Source: Candidatus Bathyarchaeia archaeon
Lineage (GTDB): Archaea > Thermoproteota > CALKCG01 > B24
Assembly (NCBI GenBank): GCA_038870975.1
Contig: JAVZJD010000001.1
Span: forward strand, 512,001-576,000
DNA length: 64,000 bases
Reading direction: 5' to 3'
Position numbers and translations under genes: made by a program
In this document: positions 1 through 8,879 of the stretch, piece by piece
Layout of the letters: the number at the start of each line of letters is the position of its first letter
Position numbering within the stretch: position 1 is the stretch's first letter
Notes under the pieces: generated by a model
Databases searched by the model: none
Told to the model about the DNA's origin: nothing
The model's input: only the letters and a program-made list of their open reading frames with translations

Positions 1-189
1 AAATATCCATGGAGGATTAAGATAGAGCTCGTGAAGCTTGGAACAGCCTCCTACGAAAGGCTTGTTGACAGGTTGAGTTTCGTTAAGAATAAAGGTAGAG
101 CTGGTGCGTACTTAATCGGCAGTCCAGCAAACTTTAAGAAGCCCATACCTGAGAAGGATTTCAAACTCATAGTTGAAAGCATGGAGTGA
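1..189 (+). CDS. EVE (PUA-like) domain protein, 3' part only (runs off window start)
   Basis: Not in ORF track. Frame 1 reads KYPWRIKIELVKLGTASYERLVDRLSFVKNKGRAGAYLIGSPANFKKPIPEKDFKLIVESME*, matching the YP.R.K...L.F..NK...I.E.DF.LI C-terminal pattern of archaeal EVE/UPF0310 proteins. Confidence 0.7.
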   Translation, partial: KYPWRIKIELVKLGTASYERLVDRLSFVKNKGRAGAYLIGSPANFKKPIPEKDFKLIVESME

Positions 190-195
190 AGCCAT

Positions 196-2385
196 TTGGT
201 CGATAAGCTCGTAGAAAAGTGGCTTCCCCTTTCTGAATTGAATCTACATGCTATGCTTGAAATGGCTTTTAGAGGAATGGCTGCAAAATATAAAAAAGAT
301 TTTGTCAAAATTTATGGAATTGAGCCTAAAAAGATAGGTGTAGGGACGACGCTTTTAAGGAACATTCACCCATGGCCTGCAAGGAGACCTACAGCACCTG
401 CACGTTTGTTAAACTTAGCTTCAATACTACCTTCAAACTTCAACCATGATTTTTTCAGAAAACTTTCAGGGTTGACTAACATCCCTAATTTAGCGAATCA
501 AGATATTCTTCCAATACTTCTACATGCAAAACCAACTGAAACAGAGCTGACGGAAGTCTTAATTAAAGAGTATAATCGAAAGCCTGAAGACTTTGTTATT
601 GTAGATCCTATGGCTGGTGGTGGCTCTATTCCTTTGGAGGCTTTGAGGCTTGGCTTTAGGACCGTGGCTATGGAGTATAACCCTGTCGCCTATCTTATCC
701 TTAAGGCTACTTTAGAGTATCCCGCTAAGTATGGTGCAAAGCTTTACGAGGAGGTTAAGGCTGAGGCTGAGAGGCTTATATGCTGGGCTAGGGAGGAGCT
801 TTGGAAGTACTATCCGGAGGACGCTATGAACTATATTATCGCCAGGGGGTATAGGTGTAGGTCTTGCGGGGGCTTAATTCCGATAATACATACTACCAGG
901 CTCGGTAAGAATGGTCCTTACATAAGATTCTCCTTCGATAAAGATAGGAAGAGCTTCACGGTAGATGTTTCTAGCGTAGAAACAGAGTTTGACAGGCTTA
1001 GATGCCCATACTGTAAATCGCCAGTAGTTGAAGACATAGCCCTTCGAGAATGGGTTTCCAGACATAAGCGGCTTTTAAGAGTTGCGTTAAATGGAGACTT
1101 TAAATCCGCTAGAGAATCGGTTGAAGAACTCAATCAGACGCACATACTCCTGGTTAAGCAAACAGGGAGGGGATTTAAAGCGACTGGGAAGGGGGATGTG
1201 GAAAAGTTTACCGAAGCATACCTAGACCTCGTTAGGTTGAGTGGAGAGCTTAAAGAGTATATACCTTCAGACCCAATACCCAAAGCCGAAAATGAAGTAT
1301 TCAAACCAGCGACGGACCTGGGAATAGAATACTGGTATGAACTATTCAACCCAAGACAGCTCTTAATCCTGTCAGAGCTCATAAAATACGTCAGAACGAG
1401 AGCCGGAGAATTAATAGAGAAAAAGGGTGAATTTGGAGCTGCAACGACCCTTTATTTAACGTTCGGAGTAGATAAAATAAATAATTACAACACACTTGCA
1501 TCCACATGGCATGAGTCTCACTCTGTCATCAGAGATCTAACTGGTCATTATGCTTCAAAAAGAGAGGTCGATTTCGGCCTCGAATACTGTGAGGCTAAAC
1601 GTATAGACTTAGCTCTAGGCTGGGTTTTTGAGCCTGACGTTGAGGAGCCTACTAAGACTCATGGAGGTATTTGCCCTGTCGTTAAATACTTGTGTTCTTG
1701 GCTTGATGGTTTGGGCGATAGGGTTAGAGTGTTTATGGCTGATGCTATGGAACTCTCTAAGGTTTTAGGTGGGAAGAGCGCCGATGTTATTAACGTTGAT
1801 CCTCCGTACTTTGATCAGCATACTTACAGCGATATAAGCGAGTTCTTCTGGCAAATCCTGAGGATCACGTTGGCTCCTGCCATAGACGCAGGCTATCTAT
1901 TCAGTAGAGGAGAGCCTAGTAGAGCTGAGCTGTTCGTCTCAGGTTGGAGCTCCATACTGTCAACAGTCCCAAGAGATAATGAGCTCATAGAGAGGAAGAC
2001 CGTTAAAGTCTCCGCTAAAGGGAGGAGTACTCTGGAGATTTTAGAACGTATGAAAACACCGCATAGTAGAGATTGGTATGTGAAAAACATGTGGAAATTC
2101 TTCCGTGAGGTTTACAAGAGCCTTAAAGACGGCGGCGTCCTCATAGTATGGTTTACCCACAGCGACCCTGAGGCTTGGGAGGGCATTCTAAGCGCTCTAT
2201 ACGCTTCAGGCTTTATTATCACTAAGGTTTGGACCATAAGGACGGAGATGGCTGAGAGGCGTGTAGCATTAGCGGGGTCTGCATTCTTCTCAAGTTTAGC
2301 GATCGTAGCTAGGAAAGCGGGCGAGAGAGTGGTCGTCGGCACCAGAAGCATTAGAGATCTATCGATGAATGAAGATGTTAAATAA
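196..2385 (+). CDS. DUF1156-family adenine-specific DNA methylase with Zn ribbons (N-terminal 729 aa; interrupted by in-frame TAA)
   Basis: HPWPARRP, DPMAGGGSIPLEALRLG (SAM binding), CRSC and CPYC Zn ribbons, LFNPRQL, DPPY catalytic motif, WFTHS. Confidence 0.9.
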   Translation: MVDKLVEKWLPLSELNLHAMLEMAFRGMAAKYKKDFVKIYGIEPKKIGVGTTLLRNIHPWPARRPTAPARLLNLASILPSNFNHDFFRKLSGLTNIPNLANQDILPILLHAKPTETELTEVLIKEYNRKPEDFVIVDPMAGGGSIPLEALRLGFRTVAMEYNPVAYLILKATLEYPAKYGAKLYEEVKAEAERLICWAREELWKYYPEDAMNYIIARGYRCRSCGGLIPIIHTTRLGKNGPYIRFSFDKDRKSFTVDVSSVETEFDRLRCPYCKSPVVEDIALREWVSRHKRLLRVALNGDFKSARESVEELNQTHILLVKQTGRGFKATGKGDVEKFTEAYLDLVRLSGELKEYIPSDPIPKAENEVFKPATDLGIEYWYELFNPRQLLILSELIKYVRTRAGELIEKKGEFGAATTLYLTFGVDKINNYNTLASTWHESHSVIRDLTGHYASKREVDFGLEYCEAKRIDLALGWVFEPDVEEPTKTHGGICPVVKYLCSWLDGLGDRVRVFMADAMELSKVLGGKSADVINVDPPYFDQHTYSDISEFFWQILRITLAPAIDAGYLFSRGEPSRAELFVSGWSSILSTVPRDNELIERKTVKVSAKGRSTLEILERMKTPHSRDWYVKNMWKFFREVYKSLKDGGVLIVWFTHSDPEAWEGILSALYASGFIITKVWTIRTEMAERRVALAGSAFFSSLAIVARKAGERVVVGTRSIRDLSMNEDVK

Positions 2386-2391
2386 GCTATT

Positions 2392-3222
2392 ATGTCAAGC
2401 ACTGTGGACGCCCTTCAAAGCGCCATAGAGTCGGGGGCTTCGGAGCACGAGAAGTACATCATGGCTCTAGCTGGCGCGATAGCAGGCGCCACGCGAATAT
2501 GGAACCCATCGATTGAAGCAGTATCGGTTAAACGTGGCGTTAGACCTATAGATGAGTTTGCTGAAACGGAGAATTTAGATGTGGAGGACGTATACAGGTT
2601 TGTCGTGATGTTGCAATTTTTCAGGGAAAGTCTATATCCAGTGGCTTTATACCACGGTGTTTCAAGAATCCTAGAGGGCACTCTTAAAGAGGCTTTTACG
2701 AAGGCTGGCGTTGAAAAAACCTTGGCTGAAAACATGGTTAACGACATACTCCTAGTGGATAATGACTCCAAAGCCTACCTACTCCTATGGATGTCTACAA
2801 GATTCTCCGAGGAATCAACCGTTGAATATGATTTTGGCGAGAAGATCTGTAAGGTTATTGGCACGAGCCTCGACAGACTTAAAAACTTAGGGCTATTGGA
2901 GACTAAAGGAGGAACTACGTGTAAAATAATCTACGGTAAAGAGGCGGCAGATCTTATCAAGCGTAGGGTTGAAATTCTAGATAAAACCGTTTCAGGCATG
3001 GCTTTAAGACTCACGAAAATTCTAGCTGATACCCCGGCTGTCGAAGAGACTGGTAGAGCTGCGGAGCGAGTAAAAACATTATTTCCATTCAGTAGGCAGG
3101 TTGTGGCTGTTGCACTATTCCTACTGCTCACCGCCAGGGAGGATGAGTTGGAGTCGTTCGGCATTACGAGGCTAAACAAGCCTTTCATAGAAAACGTGCT
3201 TAAACTCCTGTATGGGAGGTGA
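2392..3222 (+). CDS. C-terminal continuation of the DUF1156 methylase (same frame, after premature TAA)
   Basis: Same reading frame as 196..2385: GTT AAA TAA GCT ATT ATG. The joined product would be about 1008 aa. Confidence 0.65.
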   Translation: MSSTVDALQSAIESGASEHEKYIMALAGAIAGATRIWNPSIEAVSVKRGVRPIDEFAETENLDVEDVYRFVVMLQFFRESLYPVALYHGVSRILEGTLKEAFTKAGVEKTLAENMVNDILLVDNDSKAYLLLWMSTRFSEESTVEYDFGEKICKVIGTSLDRLKNLGLLETKGGTTCKIIYGKEAADLIKRRVEILDKTVSGMALRLTKILADTPAVEETGRAAERVKTLFPFSRQVVAVALFLLLTAREDELESFGITRLNKPFIENVLKLLYGR

Positions 3223-6200
3223 TGTTCTACATGTATATTCCGAGGCTGAAAGACATAGTCGAGCCAACTCAGCTTGTAGAGGCGTATAGTAGACTTAGCC
3301 CAGGCGAATACGTAGGTAGACTTGCACCAAGCCTCGGCATGATAATTGAACACGAGCTATTCGATTCTCGAGTCGTAGTCAGTGATGAATTTTTAGATAC
3401 CGTTACATTTCTATCGATAACTCATCTAGACCCGATGCTTGATGCTTTGAAAATGGTCAACGGAGAGCTTAAAGTCGTTCGAGAAGCCCCAGTTGCTTTA
3501 TCTTTAACGCAAGAGATGGGCTTTGGAAAGACGCACTTCCTCACATTGCTATGGCATCTTTACGCTCAAACATATCGGTGGGATGTCGATGATGTCAGCG
3601 AAGTTATATATCCCAATGTCCTCTGGAGAACCAACTACGATAGAAAAGTAGCTGAAAGGACGTTGGTATTCCCAATAGACATGCTGAGATATCCTAAAGA
3701 CCTCAAGCCTTACGATGCAATATTCGAGACGGCGGCCAGAATATTAGAGCGTAAATCCAAAACGCATGGAATCGAAACCCTAGACCCAGGTTTTCTGAGA
3801 GGCCTTAGTAAGCTTAGACCGATAGAAGCTGTCAAAACGCTCATTTCAAGTCTTAGGGAGGCGATGCCGATATTGGTCGTAGTGGATGAACTTTATGGAG
3901 GAGTCCTCAATATAATTGAGGGAGGCTCTACCGAGAGGATTAAAAGTTTAATGGACCTTATATCGTTTCTTAAGGAGCTTCTAGAATCGTCTAGAGGAAT
4001 GGTGCCACTAGTCTTCATATATGCATCTGCCCAACAGGATGTGGAAAGATGGTCTAAGGCGTCGAAATACCTCATTCAGTTGGAAACTGATAGAATCATA
4101 CCGCTCTTAGTAGATGCCATCGCTGAGTTGAATGATAGGGTTGGAAGACTTAAACCATCCACTCTGAAGCCATTAGAAATTGAAGACGTCTTAAACATAC
4201 TTGCTTTAAGGCTGTTACGATTTAAAGCAAAAAGACAGGATGTTGTGCAAATCCTTCAAAAATACATAGAGAAGGAGTTTGCGGGTTTAATCGGAAAAGA
4301 TGAAGTCCTCAATTTCACGAAGAGGCTCGATAAATTTTACCCGTTCTCGCCGAGCTATGAGGTTCTTCTACTGAAGTTCATACATCCTACGTTTGGAGCA
4401 GACCTTCCAAAGTCACAGCACATAAGGGACCTTCTGAAGGTCACGGCGTCGTTGATAACTAGGCTCATGGCTGCTAAGTGGTCTGAATGTACATTTATAA
4501 GCATAGCCCACTTAGCGTCTGAGGACTTCGGTTACGTTATGAATGAGCGTGTCGCAAGAGAGTGGATGAGGATCTACGATTCATGTGAGAGCATCATCCA
4601 GAAAGTTGGAGATGAAGACATCAGAGAGCTTATGCTAGCCATGTTATCAACGGTTTACGCCAAGTCTGTAACTGAAAACGTAGTTAAACTGCTGGATATG
4701 CTGAGAGCCCCAGAGGTACGGTCTAGAGTTGAGAGGGCTGAGGTAGAGCTTAGAGCCGCTACAAAGCTCGATATGGCTACAACGCTCATAGGTGCTGTAG
4801 CAGAGGACCGCTTCAAGAAGTTTAATGAAGCCTTCGAACAATTTAAGAAATTGCCATACTTGAACAGCTTTGAATACGGCGGTTTAGAATACTACATAAT
4901 CACTCTTCTTCCAAGCCCATCTGAATTGATAGATCAGATGACTGAAGAGGAACGTAAGAAGGCTGGCGTCGATAAGAGTGATTATAAGACCATGCTTGAA
5001 TACTTTAAAGACCATCTGGTCAATCAGTACCCGCTCACAGGCTTCTTTCAAAGTAAATCTGGTAGAGTAGCTCCTCCAAAACTCTACTTAATAGATTGGA
5101 CTAAACATATGGTCAGTTTTAAAGATAAGCCTGAGTTCATAGACTTCCTCGATAGGGATTCATTCACAATACTAACAGTATCGCCTTGGAGCATATTGGA
5201 GGCAAGTCTATTGGGAAAGCCCAAGGCAAATTACGTTGAGGAAGCTGAAGCAATTATACGAAAGTGTAGAAGCGAAATACCGTACGTAAACATGTTTGCC
5301 ATGGTAATTCCAGACGTCCTACCTGAACACCTCTCTAGGCTCTGTAGCCAGATAGCCTCCGTCAACGCAGCCTCCACAGCCATAAACTACCTCAAAATCG
5401 GTGAACCAGAGCAGGCCAAACGTAGGAGACTTGATATGATAAAGAGGAGTCCAACGATACCTACGCTTAAGGATTACTTTAGAAGCGAGCAGGAGTTTGA
5501 GGAGGTGCTCTTAGAGATAATGGAGCATATGCATAGGAAGATCGAAAGCTATGCAGCTAGCTTGGCTTCTTCAGCCATAAGCAATTACACGGCAGACCTC
5601 ATAAACCTCTTCAAAACAGTCGTCTATTACGACCCTACAACGGACTCCATAACACACGGAGATTTAAGAGTAACACCAGAGAGGACTGCAAACGAGTTTA
5701 AAGATATTTACGGCGAACTCCCAGCGTGGATTTTGAACGCCGTAAGCGGAAAATGCAATATACGGAAGACTCCAGACATAAAAGCCAGTCTCATAGAGTA
5801 TATAAAGAAGTATGCGGAAAAGCATAAATCTGTTCTCCTGGCAGATAGGAGGCTTGAAGTAGACTCCACGTACATAGTCGAATCTGTAGTGAAAGGATGG
5901 CCTGAAATACCGATAAAACCAGTATCTAAATCAGCTGTTGAAAGCGCTGTGAAAATACTAAGCGGTACATATTCCCTAATAGACCCTGAGATAAATGAGA
6001 TAAAGGTATCTATAGAGGACGCGAAGATTATGATAGAGCGTGTAAGACTACCCCTCCCTCCACCCCCTGAGGAGTACAACATAGTTGAAGTGCATGGAAT
6101 TAACAACGTCATTATAGTGGTAGCATATTTCGATAAGTTGAAACCCCATCTAAGTAATATTCAAGCTGTAGATTTCTCTCTAAACATTAGAGGGGGAAGC

Positions 6201-6401
6201 GTTAACTTGTCGAAGCTCCCCCTAGAAGTGGTTGAGGCACTTAACATCAAGAATCTACTGGAAAAGTTTAGAAGCAATGTGACAAACGTCTCTCTCACAA
6301 TGTATTTTGAGGAAAAGATGAAGAGAGAGAAAATGCTTGAACAATTTAGAAAGATAGGCGTAGATGAGAATATGATCAAGCTGAAGAAGACTGGTGGATA
6401 A
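3219..6401 (+). CDS. DUF499-type AAA+ ATPase of a BREX-related defence system
   Basis: Walker A MGFGKTHFL, Walker B ILVVVDE, FYPFSP motif, IRDLLKV; 1060 aa; coupled to the DUF1156 methylase. Confidence 0.8.
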   Translation: MMFYMYIPRLKDIVEPTQLVEAYSRLSPGEYVGRLAPSLGMIIEHELFDSRVVVSDEFLDTVTFLSITHLDPMLDALKMVNGELKVVREAPVALSLTQEMGFGKTHFLTLLWHLYAQTYRWDVDDVSEVIYPNVLWRTNYDRKVAERTLVFPIDMLRYPKDLKPYDAIFETAARILERKSKTHGIETLDPGFLRGLSKLRPIEAVKTLISSLREAMPILVVVDELYGGVLNIIEGGSTERIKSLMDLISFLKELLESSRGMVPLVFIYASAQQDVERWSKASKYLIQLETDRIIPLLVDAIAELNDRVGRLKPSTLKPLEIEDVLNILALRLLRFKAKRQDVVQILQKYIEKEFAGLIGKDEVLNFTKRLDKFYPFSPSYEVLLLKFIHPTFGADLPKSQHIRDLLKVTASLITRLMAAKWSECTFISIAHLASEDFGYVMNERVAREWMRIYDSCESIIQKVGDEDIRELMLAMLSTVYAKSVTENVVKLLDMLRAPEVRSRVERAEVELRAATKLDMATTLIGAVAEDRFKKFNEAFEQFKKLPYLNSFEYGGLEYYIITLLPSPSELIDQMTEEERKKAGVDKSDYKTMLEYFKDHLVNQYPLTGFFQSKSGRVAPPKLYLIDWTKHMVSFKDKPEFIDFLDRDSFTILTVSPWSILEASLLGKPKANYVEEAEAIIRKCRSEIPYVNMFAMVIPDVLPEHLSRLCSQIASVNAASTAINYLKIGEPEQAKRRRLDMIKRSPTIPTLKDYFRSEQEFEEVLLEIMEHMHRKIESYAASLASSAISNYTADLINLFKTVVYYDPTTDSITHGDLRVTPERTANEFKDIYGELPAWILNAVSGKCNIRKTPDIKASLIEYIKKYAEKHKSVLLADRRLEVDSTYIVESVVKGWPEIPIKPVSKSAVESAVKILSGTYSLIDPEINEIKVSIEDAKIMIERVRLPLPPPPEEYNIVEVHGINNVIIVVAYFDKLKPHLSNIQAVDFSLNIRGGSVNLSKLPLEVVEALNIKNLLEKFRSNVTNVSLTMYFEEKMKREKMLEQFRKIGVDENMIKLKKTGG

Positions 6402-7221
6402 GTTGAGGGTTGAATGGTCCTCATCTCTAAGCCTGCTCAGAGACTACGTATCCAAGCTCTCCAAATCGGTGGGACTATCTCTGAAAGATGGATTGTTGGA
6501 GAGGTATGTTCATATTCTCTTTACATGTTTATGCGCAGCCTACGGTAGACCAGAGTTCTGCGAACTGGTTTCCCACAACCCACTACTGGAGGAGCCGGCT
6601 AAAGTAGGCAAAGCCTTTATAGAGTCCATGAATAGACTATCCAAGGAGGGTTTAACTGTCTCTGGTGGAAGCATCCTCTACGCAACTGAAAAAGTTGAAG
6701 TTGCTCTTAAAACCCGTGAGAAAAAACCCTACGTGGTTTTATGCGACTGCCTATCCCTTCCAGAATACGTGTATATTTACGATAGATTCTCCAGAAGGAT
6801 TCATCTAGACGGACTACTATATTCAATAAACCCGGGCGGAGTGACTAGGACATATGAATACTTAACTTCCATAATCCTCAAGTCTCAAGAGGAGAAAATG
6901 ACGATGTCCACATTAGGAGAAGCGCTTAAGATTAAATTTAGAGCGGTAGGGTCTACTGTTGTGAGAGGTATGGATGAACTGGTCCATAGAACTCAGTGTG
7001 AGAAGTTTCCGAGTGCATCCGACATGGCTGTCAGCCTCTATAGAGCTGTTGAGGATATAGCGTTTAAAATATCTATTCTATCTGAGGATTACACTGTCCT
7101 AGTATTGTCCGACCACGGATACGATGTTTCCCTTGAACCAGATGGGTACTCTCTATTCCACATGTTCACGGGGGAGGGGGCTTGTTTAAGCCTATTCTCC
7201 GCAGCATTAATAGTGGGGTGA
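6394..7221 (+). CDS. Short PglZ-like alkaline-phosphatase-superfamily protein
   Basis: VVLCDCLSLPE, DELVH and VLSDHGY metal-binding motifs; overlaps the ATPase stop. Confidence 0.75.
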   Translation: MDKLRVEWSSSLSLLRDYVSKLSKSVGLSLKDGLLERYVHILFTCLCAAYGRPEFCELVSHNPLLEEPAKVGKAFIESMNRLSKEGLTVSGGSILYATEKVEVALKTREKKPYVVLCDCLSLPEYVYIYDRFSRRIHLDGLLYSINPGGVTRTYEYLTSIILKSQEEKMTMSTLGEALKIKFRAVGSTVVRGMDELVHRTQCEKFPSASDMAVSLYRAVEDIAFKISILSEDYTVLVLSDHGYDVSLEPDGYSLFHMFTGEGACLSLFSAALIVG

Positions 7222-7227
7222 GCTTTC

Positions 7228-7710
7228 GTGATCAAGACCGAGGGCGAATACTGGCTGATATATAAGCACTCGAAAAACCCCAAAAGATGTACGATGGGAG
7301 TAAAGTTTCCAAGCATAGAATCACGCTACTACGTTACGCTGGGAGGTAAAAGGGCATCCGAACTCTACAACTACATAATCTTAACTCTAGACGCCAATAG
7401 AATCGAATACTTGTTTGAAAAGAAAAACGGAAGAAGCTTTGTAAAACTTCCATGGAGTACTGGACTAGCAATAACCGTGTTTTTACTAGCCATATATGCA
7501 AGACGGAAACCTCTGATCTACGCTCATATACTAGATAGAATGCTCCAAGGTAGAATGCCGCTAATGCGCTATTTAACAAGCATGGTTGAACTAGCATTAG
7601 AGCTAACAGAGTATTTTAAAGATCGGCAGCAAAACAGATTAGTCTCAGACGCCAGCGCAAAAACAGTCTCAAAAGCCATGGGAGAGTTAATAAAGGCTGT
7701 CAAACTATGA
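7228..7710 (+). CDS. Hypothetical protein, last gene of the defence operon (possible DUF3780-like role)
   Basis: 160-aa ORF 6 nt after pglZ-like. Its position matches the small accessory gene of DUF499/DUF1156 loci; sequence resemblance is weak. Confidence 0.55.
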   Translation: MIKTEGEYWLIYKHSKNPKRCTMGVKFPSIESRYYVTLGGKRASELYNYIILTLDANRIEYLFEKKNGRSFVKLPWSTGLAITVFLLAIYARRKPLIYAHILDRMLQGRMPLMRYLTSMVELALELTEYFKDRQQNRLVSDASAKTVSKAMGELIKAVKL

Positions 7711-7789
7711 GGACTTTTACGGAAAAAGTCTTAATAGTCTATTTAAAATTTTCTACTTCTACTATAGACTAGGCATCTGATCATAATGT

Positions 7790-8302
7790 CTACCACTCTG
7801 GAATGTACTTATAGTACTGTATCATTCGTACCGCTGGGTTCGTAATGCCTCTAGTTCCAACGACCTCCTGCACCTCTTTAAGAACTTCTTCAAAACCTAT
7901 AACGGTTATACCCGTCTTCTTCAGCTCTTCAAACAGCTCTCTTCTAGCTTTTCTATCGGGCTTCACCCTTCCATAACTACCGTATATCATAACCCTTCTA
8001 TGGTGTTCTCCAAGCCTTTTAACAACCTCCTCCACGATGTACGGGTCTTCAAACTTCCTCACTATGTTCTTGACAATGAGTGAGATTGGATAGCCTATGG
8101 CTCTACTATAAGCAGCAACGTGTACTTCTATCTCGCCTAATCTTTCATCTGGCTTACTGAGAGTAATGGCTAAGAAGTCTATCTCCCTATTCTTCTTGAC
8201 TCTCAAGTTTCTCATGATAAAGTAGCCTTTAGAAAACAGCCAATACTCTACAACGTCCTCACCAGCTTCACTCAAACCATACTCCTCCCAGAAAATGTAC
8301 AA
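7790..8302 (-). CDS. PD-(D/E)XK restriction-endonuclease-like protein (likely true start TTG at 8275)
   Basis: GEDVVEYWL..KGYF...N...REIDFLAI...EIEV pattern of the restriction endonuclease fold; GGAGG upstream of TTG 8275. Confidence 0.65.
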   Translation of the reverse strand: MYIFWEEYGLSEAGEDVVEYWLFSKGYFIMRNLRVKKNREIDFLAITLSKPDERLGEIEVHVAAYSRAIGYPISLIVKNIVRKFEDPYIVEEVVKRLGEHHRRVMIYGSYGRVKPDRKARRELFEELKKTGITVIGFEEVLKEVQEVVGTRGITNPAVRMIQYYKYIPEW

Positions 8303-8495
8303 CCCTTAGAGCCCTCAGTACGGTCTCATGGACCGCGTCGAGTTTAATCACAATTCTATTCAACGTTATAGGCCACGGACAGCATCCCATATATCCCATC
8401 TCCACACGTGCTCAACTCATATAATGAATACGCACGATACCATATATAAGACTTATACTATGGAAACTTATCGACAGACCAACAATAGAATCAGC

Positions 8496-8550
8496 AGAAG
8501 AAAAAATAGGGGGTTTTGCGGGTGACTTCATCACACCAATTTTTTATAAT
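8496..8550 (+). repeat. Dispersed repeat (left-arm motif AAAAATAGRGGGTTTTGCRGG..), copy 1
   Basis: agaaaaaatagggggttttgcgggtgacttcatcacaccaatttttta; near-identical to 11222-11278 and related to copies at 54222, 54617, 55221, 56368 and 60844. Confidence 0.8.
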
Positions 8551-8879
8551 CTTTAAGTCATGTTTTATGCGTTCAATTTTAGAGGCTATACATTTCCGCT
8601 GTGGGAAGATTTTGGATGAATACGGTTACATTAAGCTTTAGATTTAGCGTAGAAACACTCACCGTTATGGCATTGCTCTGCTAGGTTGCAGGTCCAGCTC
8701 AAGGTGAAGTCTTCACCTTCAACCCTAACCTTGACAAGAGCTAAAACTATAGACCTATACTTAAGCCCCCACCATCTACGAAGCCCTCGCAAACGTCAGT
8801 ATTAGGCTGGATTGTTATTGAAACAGACGACGCCTCCCATGACATTGGAAAGCTTACCATGGAAAATAAAAATGGAGGT

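Noticed and set aside
2383-2385. Selenocysteine or pyrrolysine readthrough in the methylase
   Set aside because: The stop is TAA, which neither system recodes.
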